This document shows positions 24,172 to 31,443 of a DNA stretch of 32,000 nucleotides, in pieces (the stretch's first letter is position 1; every line of letters starts with the position of its first letter). The notes beneath the pieces were generated by a model. That model had not been told where the DNA came from. It made no database searches and saw nothing but the letters and a program-made list of their open reading frames with translations. Source of the DNA: Candidatus Paracaedimonas acanthamoebae (GTDB taxonomy: Bacteria; Pseudomonadota; Alphaproteobacteria; Caedimonadales; Caedimonadaceae); NCBI GenBank assembly GCA_000743035.1, contig CP008936.1, positions 480,001 to 512,000 of the forward strand, given 5' to 3'. A program made the translations under genes and the position numbers.

Positions 24172-25113
24172 CTATATCTCTGTAATTTTTTTTAGTTCTT
24201 TATAAACGGCACCTTGTAAAGAAATAAATTCTATTATTGTTTTCTCTATACTTTTTTGGTGTTCAGGTTCAATGAATTCATTTTTGAAGGTAAAGTTTTT
24301 AGAAAAATCACCATGACCAAATGCAAGATCTGCTTCTTCGTGCTGTCGAAATACTTTGAGAGCGTCCCTCGGAATAAGATTAAGGTCTTCCATTCTTTTC
24401 CATTCTCTCAATCTTTGTTTTATATATCCTGGAGAATTAGAAGGGCTTTCAGTAATACTGATGCAAAGGCTGTAACTCGTGAAATCATCCTTTGCAAGTT
24501 GGCTCAAAAAACTTATTAAATTTTGAGTTTCTTTTAAAGGGCCGGTTGCTTGTATTTTTTCTTGTGATATTCCAGCTTTCCGGAGACCGTAATATAAAAA
24601 TTGTCCATGCCAACGTTCTTCTTCTAAGTAGTCATCCAGGTAACTGAGTTCCTCAAAGCTGAGATCATTTTCTAATGCTGGCATGATATGAGCGACAGCA
24701 GAATTAATAATATGGTATGATTCAAATAATGATCTTAGGAGAGTTTCTTTGTTTAAATTTGGTGCTGTATCTAACCCCTGCTTCTGTAACATAGCATGAC
24801 GCATGGCTCTCCCGGTTGCTAGGGTATGCTCATGGTAACTGTTCCATGGTAAGGATTGTGCTTCCTTTAATTCCAGAAAGCCAAGTTCATATAAATATAA
24901 TAAAATATCATCATGCTTGGCGCTGAAAGCTTGATCTGTATGACTTTTAGCGTTATTTATTTCTGCAGGTTGGTTAATTTGTTGAAGAGTCTCATTGATT
25001 GAATTAACTGCATTTTTAAAATGGATGGTGCGCCATCCAGAGTTAAAACCGATAATTTGGTCATCCTTTAATATAGGTAAACATAAGCTGGAAAATTCAA
25101 ATCTCAGAGCCAT
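24172..25113 (-). CDS. All-alpha protein with ExxH-type motifs: possible heme-oxygenase-like diiron (HDO/PqqC/TenA-fold) enzyme
   Basis: About 313-317 aa. LEEERWHGQF, YHEHTL and FRQHEEADLAFGHGDF suggest carboxylate/His metal ligands on helices. The fold assignment is a guess. ATG at 25113 after GGGGGAG (TTG at 25125 in the ORF track). A 9-nt gap separates it from the ArgRS-like gene. Confidence 0.6.
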   Translation of the reverse strand: MALRFEFSSLCLPILKDDQIIGFNSGWRTIHFKNAVNSINETLQQINQPAEINNAKSHTDQAFSAKHDDILLYLYELGFLELKEAQSLPWNSYHEHTLATGRAMRHAMLQKQGLDTAPNLNKETLLRSLFESYHIINSAVAHIMPALENDLSFEELSYLDDYLEEERWHGQFLYYGLRKAGISQEKIQATGPLKETQNLISFLSQLAKDDFTSYSLCISITESPSNSPGYIKQRLREWKRMEDLNLIPRDALKVFRQHEEADLAFGHGDFSKNFTFKNEFIEPEHQKSIEKTIIEFISLQGAVYKELKKITEI

Positions 25114-25220
25114 CCACTCCCCCAATAAATAGAACTATCCCTGTGTCTTACCTCTCCCTAAAGAGGATTAATATTAGGCTGTATCTTATTTGATGAGGGG
25201 GTACTAAGTTTTGCATAAAG

Positions 25221-25287
25221 TAGGCTAGTACCATCAGCGACCTCATATATCATTTATGTCATATACAAGCTAATGGTACCTAGCCTA
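25221..25287 (-). promoter_or_regulatory. Long imperfect hairpin between the sORF and the downstream operon
   Basis: TAGGCTAGTACCATCAGC (25221-25238) pairs with GCTAATGGTACCTAGCCTA (25269-25287). That is about 17 bp with one mismatch and one bulge, and a 30-nt loop. No clear T-run follows. Confidence 0.5.
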
Positions 25288-25324
25288 ATAATAAAGCTAC
25301 TAAACTGTCAACATTATTGTTAGG

Positions 25325-25432
25325 TCAATCCCGTGCTAAAGGATCAAAGAATTCTTTCTCTACACATATTTCTATTTCAAACGGCTTAGTATTTTCTTTA
25401 GGTTGACAAGTAGTTGTATTAGATATCTTCAT
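25325..25432 (-). CDS. 35-codon sORF: MKISNTTTCQPKENTKPFEIEICVEKEFFDPLARD
   Basis: The ATG is preceded by AAGGAG at 7 nt and by a near-consensus promoter. It lies below the ORF-track length cut-off. Confidence 0.5.
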   Translation of the reverse strand: MKISNTTTCQPKENTKPFEIEICVEKEFFDPLARD

Positions 25433-25464
25433 AACTATTCTCCTTTTCTAGTTTGGTCATTCAC

Positions 25465-25492
25465 ATGTTAGCAATGATCTTTTATATGTCAA
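25465..25492 (-). promoter_or_regulatory. Near-consensus sigma70 promoter (TTGACA - 16 nt - TAACAT)
   Basis: Read on the minus strand: gagTTGACAtataaaagatcattgcTAACATgtg, about 30 nt upstream of the sORF ATG. Confidence 0.55.
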
Positions 25493-26483
25493 CTCGTTCG
25501 CATTTTAATAAAATTTAGTTGACAAGTATATGTGTATATTTGGTGGCGTTGAATATGCGTATTTAACATGAATTAAATGCTTTTTATTGTACTTATTATG
25601 TCAAAATTATAAAAGGAAGTAGATAAGTCCGATTTGAAGATAGATTATTAACATTTGCTTGGTTGTAAAACAGCTACTTAAATGTTTTTTTGAATTAAAA
25701 GAGCAAGGATCGTGGGAGTGATCAGAGTAATCTTTTAGTCGTCCTTGTCAAACTTTGATGTACTAGTATCTAAAGCGTCCCCTAACTTACTATATGGATC
25801 TTTAGTAATGACTATGGCAGCCCCCTGCTGCCTAAAGAAATGCTATCAAAATATTACTATATAATTCAAGGATATAAGATTAATGGGTTAACTATTCTAC
25901 GATTGAGTGACTATCAATTTTCCACATATGACCTAAAGCAAATCTATCTTTGCTTCCCTGGAGAAAGCGCATCTATCTAAATTATAGTAAAACTCTATTG
26001 ATGTGCGTGTTCAACTGTTGATTCCTGAACTTGCATTTTTCTTCTTATTACTTTTTGGCAGAGTGGCCCGAAGAATTTTTTATCATTCAATCTCCTTTAT
26101 TGGAATTCAAACAATCCTGGACTGTTATTTCATGGATTTAGCCTTGGCGCGTCTTTTTTCAAGCATCTTTCGACGTTAAAGCGACTCCCGAAAAGAAGCT
26201 TGAAAGACTCCCCTTATGCCAAGGCTTTCTTAACCCATGAAGGGTCGAAATGGTTTCGGCCTCAAACATAGGAGAATTGCAATAAAAAAGAATCAACCCA
26301 CACACAGTATTTATCAAGAGCTTAAAAGCAACCTCTTAAATGGGTCTAATGGTAAATTGAATTCTATGAATATTCATGATCAATTTTAGAAGGTGATTTC
26401 TTTATTAGTCCATCATTGATTATGGTTGCATTCTTAAAATACTAAGCTTTATGCTTATTTGTAGCTGAATAGAGGAAGAAAAT

Positions 26484-26996
26484 ATGAGTCTCAGCATAAG
26501 GTTCCATGGATCTTATATTGCTTTGTTAGCAGAATTATTGCTACATTCCCTATCTTTTAGCTCTGGCATTCATAAAGATCTTAGGGAATATGAGTGGGAA
26601 GATATCTATCAAATAGGACTAGTCTCAAACGCTGCTTATTATTACTTTAATTGTGCAAACGATGTTAAAACTAGCATGGAAGAGTTAGAGCAAGCTGGTT
26701 GGGCATGTAAATTGATAGGAGATGGTCCTTTTCATGTCATACGAGCGGAGTATGGTCCTCTTGTTGTTTTAGGCTTTAAGGGCACAACTAAGACAGAAGA
26801 TTATGCCTCCGATTTAAATGCAATCAGATTAACTGTCACAGAGAGTGAACAACAAGGGGTCGCCCATCGCGGAATTTATTCTTATACAAAAAAATTACCT
26901 GCTTCTATTAATGCTCTTTTTAATCCAGATGATGGTGATGAGCTTCTTGTTCTTGCTGGGCACAGTCTAGGTGGAGCAGTAGCGCAATTAAAGGGA
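26484..26996 (+). pseudogene. Class-3 (fungal-type) lipase, N-terminal part truncated by the IS3 end
   Basis: VVLGFKGTTKTEDYASDL, GVAHRGIY and the nucleophile elbow AGHSLGGAVAQ. The IS terminal TG begins at 26997, 7 codons after the Ser. Confidence 0.75.
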
Positions 26997-27041
26997 TGAT
27001 CTTGCTACAATAAAGCGGACACAAGGAACCGAGATGGGTTA

Positions 27042-27344
27042 ATGTTATTGAAAGGAGAGAACATGACCCAGAAATACGATAAAGAATTTAAAATTAATGC
27101 GGTTAAAGTTTATTTGAGTAATGACAAGAGCATTGAGAAGATCGCTTTAGATTTAGGGATTTCGCGTGCCAGTTTAGGGCACTGGATTAAACAATACCGG
27201 CGTGAGGGAGAGAGAAGTTTTCCTGGCAGTGGCCATGTTGTTGAGGAAGAATTAAGAGCGCTTAAGCGGGAGCTTTATCTTGTTCGCCAGGAGCGAGATA
27301 TCTTAAAAAACCACCTAAATGGCACCCCTTTCCCTAATAAATAG
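27042..27344 (+). CDS. IS3-family OrfA (HTH) with its 3' end replaced by IS110 sequence
   Basis: Identical to 3087-3389. It diverges from the IS3 consensus after ...RQERDILK at the A-run at 27305-27310. Confidence 0.85.
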   Translation: MLLKGENMTQKYDKEFKINAVKVYLSNDKSIEKIALDLGISRASLGHWIKQYRREGERSFPGSGHVVEEELRALKRELYLVRQERDILKNHLNGTPFPNK

Positions 27345-27540
27345 AAACTCGCGCTCGTTAACTGCTAAAGTTGAGCTATCAAAGAGAGCGGCCGTCTGCT
27401 TATTGGTGGATTACCCCGTTAAAAAACATGGTCCAGGGAGTACAACGAACCCGGCATTGGAGGTACAAACCCCGTTTAGGAAAGTGATTTATTCGTTACC
27501 CTGCTCTTTGATTCTATAGATAAACAAGGAGAAGAGGTAA
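27311..27540 (+). ncRNA. Candidate bridge (seek) RNA in the IS110 left end
   Basis: 230-nt relatively GC-rich non-coding end 5' of the recombinase gene. Two homologous modules (ATTGGTGGA..ACCCCGTT at 27402-27420 and ATTGGAGGT..ACCCCGTT at 27456-27476) are each followed by a junction-matching string. Confidence 0.4.
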
Positions 27541-27543
27541 GTG

Positions 27544-28908
27544 ATGACTCAATCTAACAGACAATCCAGTATGCCAATTATTCATCAAAATGCTGCTGGG
27601 ATTGATATTGGTGCTAAGTTTCACGTTGTTGCTGTAGGGAGTGATAAAGCAAAAGAACCAGTTCGTACGTTTCAAAGTTTTACCACAGATTTACATGCTA
27701 TGGCAAAATGGCTTAAAAGCTGTGAGGTCACCAGCATTGCTATGGAATCCACAGGTATTTATTGGATTCCTGCTTTTGAGATCTTAGAGAATTATGGTTT
27801 TGAGGTATTTTTAGTTAATCCACGAGAAGCTAAAAATGTTCCTGGACGTAAAACAGACGTCAATGATGCGCAATGGATTCAACGGTTACATCAATTTGGT
27901 TTGTTACGTGCTAGCTTCAGACCAGAAAAACAAATTACTGTGCTACGTGCTTATATTAGACAACGTGAACGTATGCTTGAATTCAGAGCCTCTCATATCC
28001 AGCATATGCAAAAAGCTTTAATGCAAATGAACTTACAGTTGCATCATGTCGTATCGGATATAACGGGAGCCACAGGCATGAAGATCATTCGTGCGATTAT
28101 GAATGGTGAACGTTGCCCTGCTGTATTAGCAGAACATAGAGACATACGTTGTAAGGAATCCATTAAAACTATTGAGGAATCCTTAAAGGGTAATTATCAA
28201 GAAGAGCATTTGTTTTCTTTAACTCAAGCTGTTGAATTATTCGATTATTACACACAAAAAATTAATGAGTGTGATCGTCGAATAGAAGAGACATTAAGCT
28301 TGCTTGGAAAAGATAATAAGTTGCCTGATCAACCTCTACCCAAAGCCAGGCATCGCACTAAACAACCTAATAGCTTAAGCTTTGATGTAAGAGCATCCCT
28401 TTACCAAGCATTAGGAATGGACTTAACACAAATACACGGTGTTGGACCTTCATTAGCCTTAAAATTAATATCAGAATGTGGCACTGATATGTCTCGCTGG
28501 CCGAGCAGCAAGCACTTTACTTCTTGGCTATGTCTTTCTCCAGGGAATAAGGTATCAGGAGGGAAAGTATTATCATCACGAACACGGCGTTCCTCAAGTC
28601 GTGCGGCAGCAGCATTAAGATTGGCTGCTGTAACAATTGGAAAGACAAATACGGCTCTTGGTGCGTTTTATAGACGACTCTCGGCTCGCATTGGTAAATC
28701 AAAGGCAATTACTGCAACAGCTAGAAAAATGGCAGTATTATTTTTTAATGCTCTGCGTTATGGAATGCAATATGTTGATCCAGGTGCCAATTACTATGAG
28801 GCACGATATCAAAAGCGGGTTCTTGATAACTTATCAAAGCGAGCTGCTGCTTTAGGTTATATATTGCAAGAGAATAAAATGCAGGACTTGGTACAGGGAG
28901 TTTCTTAG
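27544..28908 (+). CDS. IS110-family DEDD transposase/recombinase
   Basis: Identical to the copy L protein. The stop TAG at 28906-28908 is 2 nt from the element end. Confidence 0.92.
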   Translation: MTQSNRQSSMPIIHQNAAGIDIGAKFHVVAVGSDKAKEPVRTFQSFTTDLHAMAKWLKSCEVTSIAMESTGIYWIPAFEILENYGFEVFLVNPREAKNVPGRKTDVNDAQWIQRLHQFGLLRASFRPEKQITVLRAYIRQRERMLEFRASHIQHMQKALMQMNLQLHHVVSDITGATGMKIIRAIMNGERCPAVLAEHRDIRCKESIKTIEESLKGNYQEEHLFSLTQAVELFDYYTQKINECDRRIEETLSLLGKDNKLPDQPLPKARHRTKQPNSLSFDVRASLYQALGMDLTQIHGVGPSLALKLISECGTDMSRWPSSKHFTSWLCLSPGNKVSGGKVLSSRTRRSSSRAAAALRLAAVTIGKTNTALGAFYRRLSARIGKSKAITATARKMAVLFFNALRYGMQYVDPGANYYEARYQKRVLDNLSKRAAALGYILQENKMQDLVQGVS

Positions 28909-28956
28909 GAAAGCAGTTGCCATCTTCTCCGAACCCCGAGGCAAAGGTACGAATTC

Positions 28957-29832
28957 ATGAAGCATCATACCACTTTATTTTCCTTGGATCAGATGGCGCA
29001 AGTCTTAGGGGTTTCTCGCAGTGGGTATTACGATTTTATTAAAAGGAGTCCCAGCAAGAGAGAACTGGAGAACACTGAGACTGTTAAAAGAATGAGGACT
29101 ATTTTTGAGGAGAGCCGAGAAACTTATGGCAGTCCTCGGATCCATGCAGAACTTTGTGCTCAGGGAACTTTTTGTTCTCGAGTTAAAGTCGCTCGATTGA
29201 TGCAGAAGAATGATATCCAAGCCAAGATGTATAGGAAGTTTGTTAAAACAACAAAACGTTCAGAAAATATCACTCGTCCAACCCAGGATCTCGTTCAGCA
29301 GAATTTTTATTCTCCTCTTCCTAATAGAATTTGGGCCGCAGATATTACTTTTATTGCCATCAATAGAACCTGGGCTTATCTGGCTATTATTCTTGATCTA
29401 TTCTCTCGAAAAGTGGTGGGAATGGCTTTGAGTGATCACATGAGAAGTTCTTTAATTTTAGCAGCACTTAATCAAGCTCTCTTATTAAGGAGACCTCCTT
29501 CAGGGCTTATTCATCATTCTGATATGGGGAGCCAATATACAAGCAATAACCTTTATGAAATAGCTCAAACTCATGGAATAAAACTGAGTCATGGAAAAAC
29601 AGGATGTGCTTATGACAATGCTGCAATGGAGAGCTTCTTTCATACGCTTAAAACAGAGCATGTCTATTTTAAGAACTATAAAACTTTAGAAGAAGCAAAA
29701 ACCGATATCTTTGAATACATATTCACATTTTATAACTCTAAAAGGAGGCACTCGACACTCAACTATCAAAGTCCAAATCAGTGGGAATACAATCATTACA
29801 AAAATCAAACCATCTCAGTTCACAATGTCTAA
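28957..29832 (+). CDS. IS3-family transposase OrfB (DDE/rve core)
   Basis: Identical to 599-1474. Its ATG overlaps the reconstructed orfA stop (ATGA). Confidence 0.95.
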   Translation: MKHHTTLFSLDQMAQVLGVSRSGYYDFIKRSPSKRELENTETVKRMRTIFEESRETYGSPRIHAELCAQGTFCSRVKVARLMQKNDIQAKMYRKFVKTTKRSENITRPTQDLVQQNFYSPLPNRIWAADITFIAINRTWAYLAIILDLFSRKVVGMALSDHMRSSLILAALNQALLLRRPPSGLIHHSDMGSQYTSNNLYEIAQTHGIKLSHGKTGCAYDNAAMESFFHTLKTEHVYFKNYKTLEEAKTDIFEYIFTFYNSKRRHSTLNYQSPNQWEYNHYKNQTISVHNV

Positions 29833-29850
29833 ATTTTTGTAGCAAGATCA

Positions 29851-30209
29851 CTCATCCCCAGCCCATAGAGCCCTAAGATTTTATTATCCAAAGAAGCATT
29901 TAAAACAGTCTGGCGCTTCTTCACAATTTGAGGAAAAGCTACCTTCGCGATCTCTTGGCGTCTCAAGCTCAAACGATCCCACAGGGTTTTGCTCTTCCCA
30001 TTCCGCCGATTCTGATTATCAGGCTCCTCAAGGCAAGCTGCCATATGAGAAGTCATCTCGCCTTCCAGAGCTGCTTCTAAAAACTCCTTTATTAAAGACG
30101 TGAGAATACCATCTTTCCCAACAAGACTCTTACCTGCTTTTAAATCAGAAATCGCTTGATTCTTAAAATCTTCAAAGTTAAATGAAGTCTCTTTCTTCTC
30201 TACTCACAT
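29851..30209 (-). pseudogene. IS256-family (mutator-type) transposase, N-terminal remnant
   Basis: FNFEDFKNQAISDLKAGKSLVGKDGILTSLIKEFLEAALEGEMTSHM...NRRNGKSKT...PQIVKKRQT...LDNKILGLYGLGMS. TGA at codon 2. The canonical GSFELETPRDREGSF segment lies in another frame. The gene is cut at 29850/29851 by the IS3 end. Confidence 0.75.
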
Positions 30210-30291
30210 CTGTCAATCCTTTCTCTATAACAATTACATCATTATCAGAATTGACACAGTTGTCTAAATACTCCCTACTTAATTTCTGTAT

Positions 30292-30330
30292 ATAAAAATA
30301 ACCAACCTCCTTGAGGAAAAGGTTGGTTAT
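30292..30330 (-). terminator. Rho-independent terminator downstream of the 256-aa gene
   Basis: 11-bp perfect stem ATAACCAACCT/AGGTTGGTTAT (30298-30308/30320-30330), followed on the minus strand by TTTTT. Confidence 0.6.
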
Positions 30331-30357
30331 TTCATTACTTGTTATGACTAAATTTTT

Positions 30358-31128
30358 TTAATCTCTTTGAAAGATACTGTTGAATAAACGTGCTAGGACC
30401 TCTTTGAGAATGTTAGATTTCTCTGCTCCTACTAAACTGGCACGTTCTGTTTTTACATCATCCTCACTTCCATCTTCAGAAATAAAGACATTATAGTGAT
30501 CTTTATTTGTACTATCTTCATAAACAATATTCATTGATAGAGTTCCTGGAACATAAGTGAGGACACGGTGAATGACATCTGTTGACATTATGACAACAGC
30601 ATTCTCTCTAGCCTTTTCAATTTGATCTTGATGCAAATAAGTTTGGCCAGAAACATCAAAGCCTTTTTGAAGCTTATTCACTTTAAAGATGGTGTATTTG
30701 CTGTCATCCTGAGAGGCATCACTTTTAATATAAAGAGCATGTCGATAACCTCCATTAACAATATAGCTCTCAAATAACTTTGGATGGTCATGAATACTTT
30801 CCTCTAGTATTTGTGTTGAGCTGTCTATTGGCCAATAATGTAGTCTTAATTTTTCAGCAGACTTAAGATAACTAGGTGCTGGTATATTTATACGGTAAAA
30901 GCCAGATTCATTCTTCTCAACAACAAGTTCATCTTGATGTTCTTGCATGTACTTGTGAGAATAATCTATTAAAGCGAGCCATTCTTCTTTGCTTTGTCTG
31001 CTTCTAGTGACCTCACTAATGCTGTGTTCTTCAGTGCTAATAGGGCTTGCTGTTAATGTACTTGTGTTAAGAAGTAAGCTTATATAAACAACAGCTTTTA
31101 AGATGGGTTGATATTTAAAATTACGCAT
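30358..31128 (-). CDS. Hypothetical secreted protein (signal peptide; possible cupin-like HxH core)
   Basis: N-terminal AVVYISLLLNTSTLTASP. LHYWP...SIHDHPKLFESYIVNGGYRH is weakly cupin-like. Confidence 0.55.
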   Translation of the reverse strand: MRNFKYQPILKAVVYISLLLNTSTLTASPISTEEHSISEVTRSRQSKEEWLALIDYSHKYMQEHQDELVVEKNESGFYRINIPAPSYLKSAEKLRLHYWPIDSSTQILEESIHDHPKLFESYIVNGGYRHALYIKSDASQDDSKYTIFKVNKLQKGFDVSGQTYLHQDQIEKARENAVVIMSTDVIHRVLTYVPGTLSMNIVYEDSTNKDHYNVFISEDGSEDDVKTERASLVGAEKSNILKEVLARLFNSIFQRD

Positions 31129-31443
31129 AATATAATCTCCTTGTTAATAATCAATTTAGAAAGGTTGCAGCCTTTCTGACGTTGTAAGAGAAGGCCACCA
31201 TGGTCTTCTCTTTTCTTGTTTTCTGCTCATGCACTTTTCACAGAACACTCACAGTAACAGCTTGATGATGTTAAGAATTTTTATGTGGTTCTATAGGACT
31301 GTAGACATAGGACGAAGTCTGAAAGGTTGTCTGATAATATATTTTAGTCTATCTTCTTTCATGCTAGCTTGGTCATGAGATAAGAATGTCTAATAAATAG
31401 AACCTTCCCATTAGCCTAATGGTGGTTATTTTATAAAAAGGGT

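Larger units (their letters stand above)
27311..28910 (+). mobile_element. IS110-family IS (1,600 bp) inserted in the IS3 frameshift heptamer
   Basis: Removing it, plus one AA, restores TTA AAA AAA GCA GTT GCC... This completes OrfA (..ILKKAVAIFSEPRGKGTNS*) and the -1 frame into OrfB. Confidence 0.8.
26997..29850 (+). mobile_element. IS3-family insertion sequence, copy R, interrupted by a nested IS110-family element
   Basis: TGATCTTGCTACAA at 26997-27010 and reverse-complemented at 29837-29850. All ORF translations are identical to copy L. Confidence 0.9.

Noticed and set aside
10233-24519. Other overlapping ORFs: 10233-10415, 11887-12147, 15451-15633, 16295-16531, 16414-16599, 20684-20974, 23026-23322 and 24256-24519
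   Set aside because: Each lies opposite a longer ORF with recognisable family motifs. None has its own signals.
26003-26179. 58-codon hydrophobic GTG-started frame in the ORF-poor region
   Set aside because: It has no SD, lies below the cut-off and shows no motif. It is possibly a transporter relic but is unsupported.
578-29853. Target-site duplications for the IS3 copies or for the whole composite unit
   Set aside because: I compared the 3-4 bp at all four junctions in direct, crossed and inverted combinations (TTT, TTC, GGA, CTC) and found no match.
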